Made by a program: the position numbers and the translations under genes | Notes under the pieces: model-generated | What the model was told of the DNA's origin: nothing | Seen by the model: the letters and a program-made list of their open reading frames with translations, nothing else | Database searches by the model: none | From: Felis catus | Lineage: Eukaryota | DNA length: 64,000 nt | Reading direction: 5' to 3' | Assembly (NCBI RefSeq): GCF_018350175.1 | Contig: NC_058368.1 | Span: 133,798,001-133,862,000 of the forward strand | Part shown: piece by piece, positions 25,261 through 37,552 of the stretch | Position numbering within the stretch: position 1 is the stretch's first letter | Layout of the letters: each line of letters begins with the position of its first letter

Positions 25261-25360
25261 TTTGTGTATGCATAGGAATCTGTCTTGGCCTGTATTGTGT
25301 AAAGTCTGGTTTTGTGTATACATAGGAATCTTTCTTGGCCTGTATTTTATAAAGGCTGGA
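25261..25360. repeat. 50-bp tandem duplication (2 copies)
   Basis: tttgtgtat(g/a)cataggaatct(g/t)tcttggcctgtatt..taaag(t/g)ctgg starts at both 25261 and 25311. Confidence 0.9.
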
Positions 25361-25847
25361 TTTGTATTTGTTTAAAAGCTTCCTGTTTGATTGTAGAGAG
25401 ATTCAGGAACGTTTCAAGTCTGTTATAATTTTAATACTGTCTGTACCTTCATGGTTACGATCCATATAGAGGTTAGAGAAGACCCTTTCAGCTTTGATTG
25501 TTCATAGCATTTGTCAATAAGATATGCCTCTGATTATTTAAGGTTTTGTGTAAAATATTCCCAGTATCTTAATTATGGTAAACTACGGAAATTCTGAAAC
25601 AATTTGCTTTTAACTTTTTTTCTTGCACACATACTCCTAAATGAAGAATCCTTTTTTCTTTTACTCGAAATTGCATTCGTGATCACTATTTTGTAAAGAC
25701 TACAAGTCTTTACAGAGAGTAGGCAAACACAGGATGAATGTCATACAAACTTTCATTGTATTTTTATATTTTTGATAGTGACGAAACAAGTATATTCCAT
25801 TTGCCAGTTTTATTTAGACATTCTTTTTAAGATTGTTTTTTGAGTCA

Positions 25848-26039
25848 CTTTTTTTTTTTCCTGAGAGAGAGCACATGTGGGGGAGAGGGGTAGAGAGAGA
25901 GAGAGAGACAAAGAATTTTAAGCAGGCTCCATGCCTAGTGCATAGCCTGACACGGGGCTGGATCCCATGACCCTGGGATCATGACCTGACCTGAAATCAA
26001 GAGTCAGACACTCAGTCGACTAAGCCCCCTGGGTGCCCC
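25848..26039 (-). mobile_element. CanSINE
   Basis: Ends gactaagccccctgggtgcccc; flanks tga(g/a)tcac(t/a)ttt. Confidence 0.9.
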
Positions 26040-28097
26040 TGAATCACATTTTTAAAATCAGTACTTTTAAGCCTTTCCTGGTAGACTTTAAATAACTGAA
26101 ATAGTTTTGAAATTTTCTTCTGTTTTTCTTTGTGTTAAATTTAAATTGATTTTGCTTATAGTAGTATATTAGTCATTCTGTGTATTTGTTAGGAAACTTC
26201 TGGTGGTTTTTTTTTTTTTTAATTTTCTTCAAGAAATACCATTTTCTAGTTTTTCTTTAAGTTCACATATTTCACCAGTATCCCTATTTAAGATAATCAT
26301 TAGGTTAATATTTCTGTTGATAGACATTTATTATTCAAAATTTTCTTTACATACATAAACACCAATAATTGAGTGTCAAGAGAAAATCTTCGTAAGTGAT
26401 TTAAATCAAATGCTAAATGTAAAAAATAATACAGGTGGCCAGTTTTCTGGCAGTTAACTCATATTTCAGTTAATTTGCTCAAATTAACAAATAACTTTGC
26501 TGAGATTTCCAGGGTATAAATCTGTCATTTATAATTTCTCTTATTAATGTTAGCAAGTTGGTATGTTTAATATTCCTGTATTAAAATGAAAGAAGACATT
26601 CATTTGAGTTAACACTAAATAAATTATACAGTGTCTTTTTAAAACAATCATGCTATCTGGTTTAATGATTGTGAATTTAATAGGTCAAATACGGTTCTTA
26701 ATAGATGAGTTGATAATATCACAATCCACCTTTATAATTAAGTATCAAGAGTCTGTTCTTAATCAGCAACTTCTTTAAGGCTGAGTAAACATGATCTTAA
26801 TTAAACTCCCAGATAATGCTAAGGGATGTTGATTGTTCCAGTAAGGAAAATAAAATGATGCAGCCTGACCTTAACAAATTATAAATATGGGAATGTTGAT
26901 AAATGATAATGAGCAGCAAACATTGAAGAGAGAGGATTGGTTCCCAAGTCAATATCGTTGAAAGGAATTGAGTTTGGTTCTGAAATGTGTTATTTGAATA
27001 TTTGGAAACGTTCCTTTCTGTGTCCACAACCCCCAATTTAGAAGTCAGGTGAAAATTTCTCTTTGAAGAGCCTGTTATAACAGGTATATTCTGAGTTAAA
27101 GGAGACATTACACTAAACGTCTAATGGTGGTGGAGGGCAGCCCTAGTGTAGGAGGGTAGAATCACAGTGCCCTGAACCTGCCGGGTTTTATTCCCCTTTT
27201 TCTCACTACTAAACTGATAATAGAGAGTGAAGCATCAGTCTGTACTAAAGGAGAGGCAGATGAAAGGGAGATAATATTCTCTATTATCATCAACCAGTTT
27301 ATCATCAACCAGTTTTGCATGTGTCTTATTCTTTGCTGCTTCTGAGACTTACTTTGGAATCAAGATAAGCATTTTATAACTTTGCCCTGGCAGAAACAGG
27401 AAAAAGTAGCTGCCGTGTGCCTATAGGTAGCAGTTTATTGAGTAGGTACCGGGATCAAAACAGTGGGTCATGTGCCTCTGGCAAAACACTTTCACTCTTA
27501 CTTTAATACCAAGTGGAATCTGTTTTTATGATTCCAAAGTGTTTACCTTAATAAGGGATTTGAATATAGTATACAAGATGAAAAATGAATCAGTAGTGAA
27601 ATACCTATCTCTTCGGCATCAGCTGTTCTGTTGACAAAAGGCACAAATAGGAAATTTGTCTAAATAATTAGATTTTTAATTAGTGCATCATTGTAAGATT
27701 AATGTCATTGCGCTTCATTGCATGTAATTTTGTATTAGGAATTTCATGTCAACAAAGACGCTACCTGTGGTTTGCTGATTTGAATCCTTAATTTATCACT
27801 TGGGTGTATGGCATGTCAGCTATTTGCAGTCAGGAGTGGAAAGACGGCATTTGATTATAACCTCACTGGTGGTGTGGAATATTGATGGTGTTATGCTATA
27901 TGAATACATTATATTTTCTAATATTCAAGAGGCAGCCACCCATCAAATATTAGTGAGTGTGTATTAACTTGCAGAAGTTGGAGCAACAGCAGGAGCAGAC
28001 AGGTTGCTCAACCTCTGGTGTATGGTGAATATACCTGGACATCGCTGATGTTATATTTGCTGTTTGAAACTTTGTTTTTGTTTTTCCTTTCTGACAG

Positions 28098-28186
28098 TTG
28101 CCGAACAAGCAACCGGAAAAGCTTGATAGGCAATGGACAGTCACCAGCATTGCCTCGACCACACTCACCTCTCTCTGCTCATGCAG
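28098..28186 (+). CDS. MAST4: Internal coding exon (89 bp) of microtubule-associated serine/threonine kinase 4, N-terminal region upstream of the kinase domain
   Basis: A pyrimidine tract and acceptor (tttgtttttgtttttcctttctgacAG, AG at 28096-28097) precede it and a donor (CAG|gtaatc) follows. 1 nt + 29 codons + 1 nt translates to CRTSNRKSLIGNGQSPALPRPHSPLSAHA(G). This matches the MAST-family RTSNRKSL...LPRPHSPL motif, with the IGNGQSPA spacer I recall for MAST4. Confidence 0.93.
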
Positions 28187-28530
28187 GTAATCAATTACCC
28201 TTTCTTAAGTTTTGTTTTACTTCTTTTTGCTGGCTCTTAAAATAATCCAAGCATTTTGAAATTCAAGTGTGCCTTTATATCATACTTTGGTTTTCCTGTT
28301 GCTTTATCACTACATTATTCTCGCTGCTAAGTGAGCCTAAGCCTCATCCTCTCTTGCAAAGTGTTTGGACTCTGAAATTAAGAATGTCTTTGTATATGGG
28401 ATCCTTTTTGAGTTATTCATTTCTCCATTTCTAAATGGATGTGGATGATGCAAGCCACGTTTCCATGTTGGGACTGTCTTTGCGGAATGCATGTGTGTTC
28501 ATTCACATGAAGAGAATTAGCATTAAGAAC

Positions 28531-29220
28531 TATAGAGGAGGAAAAATAACTTTTTCCCTACCTTTCTAAGTTCTCCACTGGGAATCTCATAACCAAAGAC
28601 AGATTAACCAGAGAAGAGCAAACACATTTACTTAATAGAAGATTTCCATGACACAGGCATAGAGGTGACTAACTTGAGTCAATTAATGCTAGGTCTGATG
28701 AAGAGTAAAACGTGCAAAGATAGGACAGAAGTGAACTAGGTCTAGTAAACTGGGGCACATTTAGCAAGGGCTCTGTGTTCACAATCTTCTGTGTCCTTTG
28801 TCTGTTCCTTTGTTCAGGGTATAGGGAGGACATCTCTCACATGAGGACTTGATGATGTGCTTTCGGTCCAGGTCCAAAGAGCCTTGCTGCACATGCCATT
28901 TCTAATGTGTGTTTATTTTTGAGACAGAGAGAGACAGAGAACACGTGCGCGCGTGTGCGAGCGGGGGAGGGGCAGAGGGGCAGAGAGAGAGGGAGACACA
29001 GAGTCTGAAGCAGGCTCCAGGCTCTGAGCTGTCAGCACACAGCCTGATGCGGGGCTGGAACTCACAAACTGTTAGGTCATGATCTGAGCCCAAGTCAGAC
29101 GCCTAACCGACTGAGCTCCCCAGGCGCCCCTGCATATGCCATTTCTTGTATTTCTTCAGCTTAAAATATTTAGTTTGTCAAGATGCCCTATATTGATACC
29201 ATGGGTCTTAACCTCCAACA
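28531..29220. mobile_element. ERV1-class solo LTR (MER31-like) split by a CanSINE
   Basis: gaggaaaaataactttttccctacc...aaagacagattaaccagagaagagca and the end ttcagcttaaaatatttagtttgtcaag resemble the recalled MER31-group consensus. Confidence 0.6.
28903..29130 (-). mobile_element. CanSINE inserted in the LTR
   Basis: TSD tgca(c/t)atgccatttct at 28888 and 29131. Confidence 0.94.
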
Positions 29221-29443
29221 GAACTGTTCAGCATGTTTTCTCCCTAAAGTTGAACTTATGTATTACTTACATTTGCTCTTATAAACAATGCTGCTGTAAG
29301 CAGTCTAGAATGTACCTTGTATGTGTACAAGAGTTTGTCTAAAGTTTCATCTGGCAGTGGCATATATAACTTATTTGTTACATGTATAATCTTTATAGGT
29401 ACAATGAAGATTTAAGAGGCGAGACTCTTGGCCACAAGTACTA

Positions 29444-29641
29444 ATTTTTTTAAGTTTATTTCTTTATTTTGAGGCGGGGGGGGGGGGGGGGGGTGGGGAG
29501 AGCGAGATTGAGAATCCCAAACAGGCTCTGCACTGTTAGCACAGAGCCCACCGTGGGGCTAGAACTCACAAACCGTGAGACCATGACCTGAGCTGAAATC
29601 AAGAGTCAGACACTTAACCGACTGAGCTACCCAGGTGCCCC
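29444..29641 (-). mobile_element. CanSINE whose linker is a poly-G run on the + strand
   Basis: Ends gactgagctacccaggtgcccc; flanks caa(g/a)tactaatt. Confidence 0.92.
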
Positions 29642-30399
29642 TGCAAATACTAATTACAAGGAAGGTATAGCCATATTTGAAAAACCATGCAGTGAAGAGT
29701 TATTAGTATTGTTGTGGGTTTTTGTTTGTTTCTGCTTTTTTTTTTAAAAAAATTTTTAAAGTTATGTCCACGATGGTGCAAGGAAGAGAAGGGTTAATTC
29801 CAATCAGGAAAGTATGGGAGAGTATGAAGGAGCCACTTGATTGAGATGTTAAAAGCCAGGCAAGACTTGGGCTGGCAGAAATGGGGTGAGAGAAGGGGAA
29901 TTACCAGTGTGGCTGCTGTGGGGTATTGTGTGTGTTTGATTGTAAGAGAATATAAAGGTGGAAAGAGAGATCAAAGTCAGAGAGTATAAGGGATTCTGAT
30001 TTTGAGCGCCTTTCAAGGACTTTGGGGAGGATCTGTGTTTTGGGAAGCTGTCTTCAGGATTGTGAAGGATGATGGGTGCAAATGATGAGTGATTAAGCCT
30101 TAAGTCATTGCCCTCTGGTGGGACCTCTAACCCTGCTGGGCTTTCCGATGATACTCATTTCCTATTTAAAAGGAGGACGGTATCTCTTTCCCAGAGGCAG
30201 TCCTTTTGCTCAGGGATGGTTTCTAGTCAAGAGTAGGAGTTACCTATAGCATGTTTGGGGAGAAGAAAGGAGTGAGAGAGATAGTCCACCCTTTGGAATG
30301 AAATTTGTTTTCCCTTTAGTAATAAATAAAAGATGGCAAAGTAAAAAAGGCGAAACATGTACTGATAAAATGGTGATCCTGGAGCAAAATCATTGAGGT

Positions 30400-30674
30400 C
30401 CAGAAATGCCACTCTAGACAGTCCTAGAAAGCATATTCTAGACTGTTCACAGCAACATTGTTTGGAATAGCTGAACATCGGAAGCAACCTAAATCGCCGT
30501 CAGTTGGAAAACGGATAAATGAGTTGTGTCATACTCGTCCCAGAACATCGTGCATGCGTATCCACGTGGCCGAAGCTCAGAGGGCTGGGCAGAAAGAGCA
30601 GAGGTTGCAAAAGAAAATTGGTGAAAACATTCCTGAAGGTTGGCATCAGACTACAAAGAATATTTTGTTTAGGG

Positions 30675-30721
<47 letters not shown>

Positions 30722-30935
30722 TATGTATATATACCTTTCTTGTAAGAGTCTAAAGGAAAACGTGGTAAGTTTAAAGGCCACTTTCATGACAGTAGTTACT
30801 TCTGAGAAGGTGCAAGGAGGGTATCATTGAGGGGAGAGATAAACAGTTGGTCATACTGTATTTCCAAAGCTGCTTGAGGGCTACCCAGCTATATATATCA
30901 TTACCATTTATACCTTGGAGATTTCTATTACATTA
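30400..30935 (+). mobile_element. Old L1 (L1ME-like) 3' UTR fragment containing (CA)n at 30677-30718
   Basis: tgttcacagcaacattgtttggaatagc...aacctaaat..cagttggaaaacggataaatgagttgtg...agtagttacttctgag. Confidence 0.7.
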
Positions 30936-31499
30936 TTGTCCTCACAGCACAAGGTGACAGAGAGGCAGGCAAGGCCCAGTACCTACCTGGAGGCTGGACT
31001 TGGGTCTCTACATTCCTCGTGCACGGTGGCTGGCAATGTATACAAGTGCTAAGTATATCACAAATTTTATTTCTGCATAGAATTCAATGGCGATGAAAAA
31101 ATTGACTCCTGCTCTTCTTGGTAGTGTTCTGTCGTCATTGTACCCTACGTTATGGGCCTGTTGATTGGTCTCTTATTGCTATGATTTTCTTCATTGCTAA
31201 TATTGAGATTCGAGAATACATGGTGAAGACTTTAATGATCCTTTTAATTATTCTTCTTTTTCACTGTGTAGACTTGGCGTGAATTCTTTTCTCTTCAAAC
31301 ATTGTTTTAGTATTAAATCAGAGGAGTGGGCAGAGGGAAGCCTGTCTTTCAGGTTCTGAGAGCATTTTTCCTTAGGTTGTAGAGCCAATAGGCTTTTATT
31401 TGCTCAGAATGAGCTCTGTCAGACTTGTTTTGTGAGAAATGGCATTTATGCAGACTGCTAGTTTCCTATTTATGTATAATAAGGGGAGAAAATATAAAT

Positions 31500-31924
31500 T
31501 TGTTTTAAAGCTTATTTATTTTGAGAGAGAGACAGAGAGTGAGCACAGGAGGGGCAGAAAGAGGGAGAGACAGAGGTGCCTGGATGGCTCAGTTGGCTAA
31601 GCGTCTGACTTTGGCTTATGTCATGATCTCAGGGTCTGTGAGTTCAGACCTTATGTCGGGCTCTCTGCTGACTCCTCAGAGTCCAGAGTCTGTTTTGGGT
31701 TCTGCATCTTCCTCCCTGTCTCTCTGCCCCTTGCCTGCTTGTGCTCTGCCTATCTCTCAAAACTAAGTTAAAGGTAAAGAAAGGAAGAAAGGAAGGAAGG
31801 AATCCCAAGCGGACTCCACACTGTCAACACAGAGCCTGACACAGGGCTTGAACTCACAAACCCTGAGATCATGACCTGAGGTCAAGAGTCAGACACTTAA
31901 CCGACTGAGCCACCCAGGTGCCCC
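31500..31924 (-). mobile_element. CanSINE (outer), split into 31500-31572 and 31800-31924
   Basis: Antisense tail and linker, then an interruption, then resumes aatcccaagc...gagccacccaggtgcccc. Confidence 0.9.
31573..31800 (+). mobile_element. CanSINE (inner) nested in the opposite orientation
   Basis: gaggtgcctggatggctcagttggctaagcg...ctcaaaactaa followed by a purine-rich tail. Confidence 0.9.
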
Positions 31925-32439
31925 GAAAATGTACGTAAAATAAAGACCTCCTGTCTTGATGATATGAATGCCTGCCGATTTATCATGCCTTTTTATCTCT
32001 TATTGCTACCTCCTGTGTCATGTGTTTGATACACAGAATGCCAGGTGAGAGTTCCTAAATGTCTTTAGGAAAAAAAACAAGAGAAATTAAAAAAAAAAAA
32101 AAACAGTAAAGAAAAGAAAAACTGCCATCTCTCTGTGCTTTCTGACCCAAAACATAAAGTTATACTTTCTCTCTCTCTCTCTCTCTTTTTTTTTTTTTAA
32201 AGGTTGGTATTATATGAATGAGGCCACTCATCACTGGCACATGAATTAATACAGATGAATTGGTAGAGAAGAGAACATGGATTTATTCGTGTGGCTGTGT
32301 CATTTGTGCTCTAGGGAAAAAGATAGTGGCATAGCCTTCTGGAGCTTATCTCTAGAAACAAAATGGTATTTGTTGAGAGCCAGGGATTCCTAAAAGAGCA
32401 GTGAATGGGAGTCCCATTAAAAAAAGAAAGGTAGAAAAT

Positions 32440-33625
32440 CACAGGCTTCTCGTTCCAGGAAGATTCTAAGTATGAAATATAATCCAGAAGCCCCAAAGGA
32501 AAAGACTCATGTATCTCTCCTAACATGAAAATTTCTCTGTAATAAACAAAATCAAAAGAAAACAAAGTGTGAAAAATATTTTGATGCCCATAATTGATGA
32601 ATATCTGATTGCCTTCATGCACAAAGAGCTTGTATAAATTGATGTGAAAATGGCAAATGCACCAGGAGAAAAATGGGCAAAAGATGTAAACGGCGTGTCA
32701 CAGAAAAATATTGAAATGCCTCCCCCCGAAATATGAAATGGTGATTTGTGGCAATCATAAGAGAAATGTGAACCAGAATAATTAGAGTACCATTCACCTA
32801 GCATACTGTCAAAAATTTTATAAAATGGACAGAATCCAGTGATGGCAAGGTTGTGGAGAAGCAAGCCCTTCCACATGACTTAAGCGTTGATGTGAATCAG
32901 TGCAACTATTTTGGTTAGCAGTTTGACCTGTTGGTAAAAACTACAATTGCATTTACCTTTTGTCCTAGTACATTCATCTCTAGGAATTTATCTACTGATA
33001 TTCTCACAGAATAACAGACAATCACAAGTCTGGCTACTTGTAAATAGCAAATGGAAAGTTAAGTTGTTACCACTTTATCATTTCACATGTTCTTCAGTAG
33101 GGAACCAGTTTTGTAGAAAATGATTGAGGCATATAATCCAGTGGTTTATATGGTTGTTACAAAGAATGAGATAGACTTTTTTTGTTCTGATACTACAATG
33201 GTGCCCAAACCTGGGGGCGCCTGGGTGGCTCATTTGGTTAAGCAGGTCTGACTCTTGATTTCGCCTCACATCACAATCTGATGGTTCATGAGATCGAGCC
33301 CCACTTCAGGCTCTGGGCTGACAGCATGGAGCCAGCTTGGGATTCTCTCTCTCAAAATAAATACATAAAATTAACCTTTCAGAAAAAAGAATGATGCCCA
33401 AGACAGATAATTGAAGAAATACATTCTGTAATTTTATATGTGTATGTGTGTTTTAGACTGCATATATGCATACATACACAATTTATATATCATGCATATG
33501 CATAGGAAATTTTTGGAAGGAGAAAGGAAAAACTTAACATCGTTTATCTTTGGGCAATAGGAAGGTAGGGGAATTAGCTTATAGTGGTTTTATAATCAAG
33601 CCTCTAAAAATAAAGCCAATAAAGA
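32440..33625 (+). mobile_element. Old L1 (ORF2 end and 3' UTR remnants), interrupted by a SINE
   Basis: aaaaatgggcaaaagatgtaaac...ggcaaggttgtggagaa...tctaggaatttatcta are L1 motifs; no intact frame. Confidence 0.75.
33213..33388 (+). mobile_element. CanSINE with a short linker
   Basis: gggggcgcctgggtggctca; TSD aatg(g/a)tgcccaa. Confidence 0.92.
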
Positions 33626-33644
33626 AAACAAAAGAACCACCTGC

Positions 33645-34160
33645 CTTGGCTTTCTATTGCTGTGTAATAAATTACCAAAGATTTAGTGGTTTAAAACAAT
33701 ATCCAGTTCTTAATTTTATGGTTCCGTAGGGCAGAAGTCCAGGTACACTTGAATTGTTTGAGCTCAGGGAGCTCTCAGGGTATCATAAGGCCCAAATCAA
33801 AGCGAGGTGGCAAATCACAAGCACTTAGTTTCCTAGGAACCCTTACCTGGTTTTTCTGGACATCATAAGACCAAACTCACAGTGTCTTGTGGGCTGGGCT
33901 CTCGTCTGTAGACAAAGAAGGCGTCTCCTTCCAAGCTCGTGCAGGTTTTGGACAGATTCAGATCCCCGCGGGTGTAGGAATGAGATCCCTATCTCGTCTG
34001 CACCATCAACCAGAGGCCACTTTCATCCTCTCCAGGCCACTTTCCCCCATCTTCAAGCCTCCAATGACACATCCAGCCATTCTCATGCTTCAGATCTTTA
34101 ACTTCTCCTGCCATCAACCAGAGAACATTCTTTCTTTGAAAGGCCTTATCTGATTGGGTA
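33645..34160. mobile_element. MaLR LTR (MLT1-like)
   Basis: ttctattgctgtgtaataaattacc...tagtggtttaaaacaa...gggcagaagtcc...ccatcttcaagcc...tctttgaaaggc..tgattggg. Confidence 0.75.
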
Positions 34161-34659
34161 GTGGCTCCAGGCTTTTTACATTCTAAGAGCAAATGTTGCC
34201 CTCTTGCCAAAATACCTAACCTTTTGTGTCTTCAAAAATTATTTCAATGGGAATTTGCAGGTGACTGCTTAGATTCATTTATAAGAATGTTTCTGGAAGG
34301 AAAGATGAAAAGGAATCTCATGTTCCTGCTCGATAAGGCTAGGAATTATTGCAGAAGGGAAATTTTCCATAGGTACATATATGGTTAGTATGTTGTTAGA
34401 AAAACCTTCATAAAATATTTTCTAATTATATGGGTACCTCATTTCTGAAGGATGGGTCATCGTTTTTTGCTGCTGGTCAGTTCACCAAGCTCCTCTTCAA
34501 GGCTTCCTCCTAAAGGAGGCCCATGGGGGTAAAAATAAACAGAGAACTGGACAGATTATAGGAAAACCATATAGTTCCAAGTAGAAGCTTACATGTGAGA
34601 CACATTAGGATAGGCACATGGGGGTTGGGCAGCACAACAGAACCTCTCACATCCCACTC

Positions 34660-34887
34660 TTTTTCTTTTTTCTTTTCTTTTTTTTTTTAAACATTTATTT
34701 GTTTATTTTGAGAAGGAGAGAGCACAAGCAGGGAGGGGCAGAGAGAGAGAGGGAAAGTGAGAATCCCAGGCAGGCTCCATGCTCAGTGCAAAGCTTGGTG
34801 CAAGGCTCCATCCCATGCCCTCAGGATCATGACTTGAGCTGAAATCAAGAGTCAGAGGCTCAACTGACTGAGCCACCTGGGTGCCCC
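34660..34887 (-). mobile_element. CanSINE
   Basis: Ends gactgagccacctgggtgcccc; flanks cac(a/g)tcccac. Confidence 0.92.
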
Positions 34888-35325
34888 ACGTCCCACACGT
34901 GTAAAGAAGTCCTTGTGAACGTTGTGGTCCACGTTTCATTATCTTCCTTCCTCCCTGCCACTGGGGGGCAAAGGGGATATTGACTTAACAAATACAAGTC
35001 ATTGCACTTTCAAGTAAGGTAGAAAGTGTGGGATACCATGTACATTTTTTTTAGTAAATTTGTCTTATTTCAGAAAATTGTGAGGACCTTTCTCTTGTGG
35101 ACTTGTTTGGAGTCTCTCTTTGAGCCCCACACGAAAACTGGTGTCACCACTTGACAACATGCTCTCCCTGCATTTACGCTGTATCAGTGTTCTCATTCAT
35201 TAGCCGTGACACTGAATTGGATGGGGTACACACAGTGGTTTTTGCATACAGGCATTGCTGATGCAAAGAATTGGGAGTAAATAGTCTGGCAATGAGCTAG
35301 AGACAGGGGGGAAAAAAAACACTGT

Positions 35326-35553
35326 GGACGTGCCTAGGTGGCTCAGTCTGTTGAGCATCTAACTTTGGCTCAGGCCATGATCTCGCAGTTCATGAGTTTG
35401 AGCCCCATGTCGAGCTCTGTGCTGACAGCTCAGAGCCTGGAGCCTGTTTCAGATTCTGTGTCTCCCTCTCTCTCTGCCCCTCCCCTGCTCATGCTCTGTC
35501 TCTCTCTGTGTCTCAGAGATGAATAAATGTTAAAAAAGTTAAAAATAAAAGAA
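35326..35553 (+). mobile_element. CanSINE
   Basis: Head tgcctaggtggctcagtctgttgag; flanks aaacactg. Confidence 0.92.
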
Positions 35554-36184
35554 GAAACACTGAAGTAAAGTTCAGAGAAGATGGTCTGGAGTAGACGAAG
35601 GGGAACGGGCACTCCAGGGTGCCAGACATGGATTTGAGCATCCCTGATGTTGGTGAGGAACTTCTTAATAACCCCCTGTGCTGAGACGGGAACCCCAAGC
35701 TTGGAATATGTGTAGCTGGGCAGTAAGGGATTTGGTAAAATCTGAAATGTTGGCCCTGGGTGCCAACCAAGCATACCAACATCCACATGACTCTGTGCCA
35801 TTTTAGAAAAATGGTAAAATCTCGTAAGAAATTTTGCAGGCCTTGTGTCTGTGACTCTGATCTTCCAGGCTGGTATGGTTAAAAAAACAAAAGGTGCTAC
35901 TCCGATTGTAGCAAAGTGAAACTGATAGTTTGTAGAAAATAGAAATTACATGGAAAACATGAATCTCCTATAAACTCACTCCTCAGAGATAATCCCTGCT
36001 AACATTCATTGTGTCTCTTGTCCTTTTTTCCTATATGTGTGTGCACGTATGTGTCAATACATGTATACATGTATGTTGAAATTGCCATGTTCATATGCTG
36101 CAACTTTCTATTTTAGTCCACCCTTGTCAACACTCATGGTATAGTTTTTTAGGTTCTATTAATATAAGCCAAACAATATCATAG

Positions 36185-37085
36185 TATTTTTTACCAATTT
36201 TATTGAGATATAATTGACATATAACAGTGTATTTGTTTAAGACATACAGCATAATGACTTGATCTTTGTATATGTTGGGAAATAAGCGTAGTTAACATCC
36301 ATCACCTCACATAGGTGATACGTTTTTTGTGTGTGATAAAAACTTCTTAAGATTTACTCTTTTAGCAACTTTAAATATGCAATACAGTATTATTAACTAT
36401 AGTCTCCAGGCTGCACATTTACATTCCAGAAATTATAGTTGGAAGTTTGGGCCTTTTGGCCACTTTCATCCATTACACTTACCCAGCCCCCACCTCCACC
36501 CCTACCCCCCCCCCCCACTCCATCTCTGGCAACCACCAATCTTGTGTGGGTTTTTTCCTTTGATTTTGTTTTCTTGATGAGTTTTTTAAGAATTACGTTT
36601 TTCTAAAGTCCACATATTTCTGAGATCATACAGCATTTGTATTTCTCTGTCTGACTTACTTCCCTTAGTATGCTCTCCCCAAGATCCGCCCATGGTGTGG
36701 CACATGACAGGATTTCCTCCTTGTGTTATGGCTCATAGTATTCCTGTATATGTATACCACATTTTCTTTACACATTTATCTCTTCATGGGCACTTGAGTC
36801 GTTTCTGTGTTTCAGCTATTGTAAAGAATGCTGCAGTCAACATGGGCTGCTCCTATCTTTTTGAGAGGGTGGTTTCATTACCTTCGGATATATACTCAGA
36901 CGTGGAATTACTGGATCATAGCTATTTCTATTTTCAGTTTTTTGAAGAACTTCCATCCTGTTCTTCATAATGGCTGCACCAATCCACATTCCCACCAACC
37001 GCACCAAGGGTTCCCTTTCTTCCACACCCTCACCAGCACTCATTATTTCTTTTTCATAATAGCCGTTCTAACAGGTGTGATGTAA
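36185..37085 (-). mobile_element. L1 3' fragment (L1MA/MB-like)
   Basis: ttttattgagatataattgacatataaca...tctgacttacttcccttagt...ttcataatggctgcaccaat...ccgttctaacaggtgtga. Confidence 0.88.
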
Positions 37086-37335
37086 ATATCTTCACATTTT
37101 TATGTGCATATTTTATTAATCTTTTGTAATATCACTGATTTTTTTTTAGATGGTGCCTTTTGAGCAGTATATAAGGCATTTCTCTTATTTTTAATTTTTT
37201 TGTGGTCCATTCTGTCAGTCTTTTTCTTTCTGATTTCTTCCACTTTTGTTGCTGTCATGTCTAGTTGGTGTAGAGTTTCGGTTTTTTTTAACAAGGCTGG
37301 TCTTGCTCTAAGAATTGTCTCCTCTGACCTCACTG

Positions 37336-37552
37336 TTTGTTTTGTTTTTAAGTTTCATTTATTTTTGAGAGACAGAGAGACAGAGCACGAGCGGGGAATG
37401 GGCAGAAAGAGAGGGAGACACAGAATCAGAAGCAGGCTCCAGACTCTGAGCTGCCAGCACAGAGCCTGACGTGGGACTTGAACCCCTGAACCGTGAGATC
37501 ATGACCTGAGCCGAAGTCAGACGCTTAACCAACTGAGCCACCGAGGCACCCC
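37336..37552 (-). mobile_element. CanSINE
   Basis: TSD tgacct(c/t)actgttt on both sides. Confidence 0.93.

Larger units (their letters stand above)
1..28097 (+). other. MAST4: Intron upstream of the MAST4 exon (the preceding exon is not in the window)
   Basis: Repeat-rich non-coding sequence ending at the acceptor; no other MAST-like peptide recognised. Confidence 0.75.

Noticed and set aside
28018..28245. 75-aa ORF as a standalone gene
   Set aside because: Only 28098-28186 is exonic; the flanks are translated pyrimidine tract and donor-side intron.
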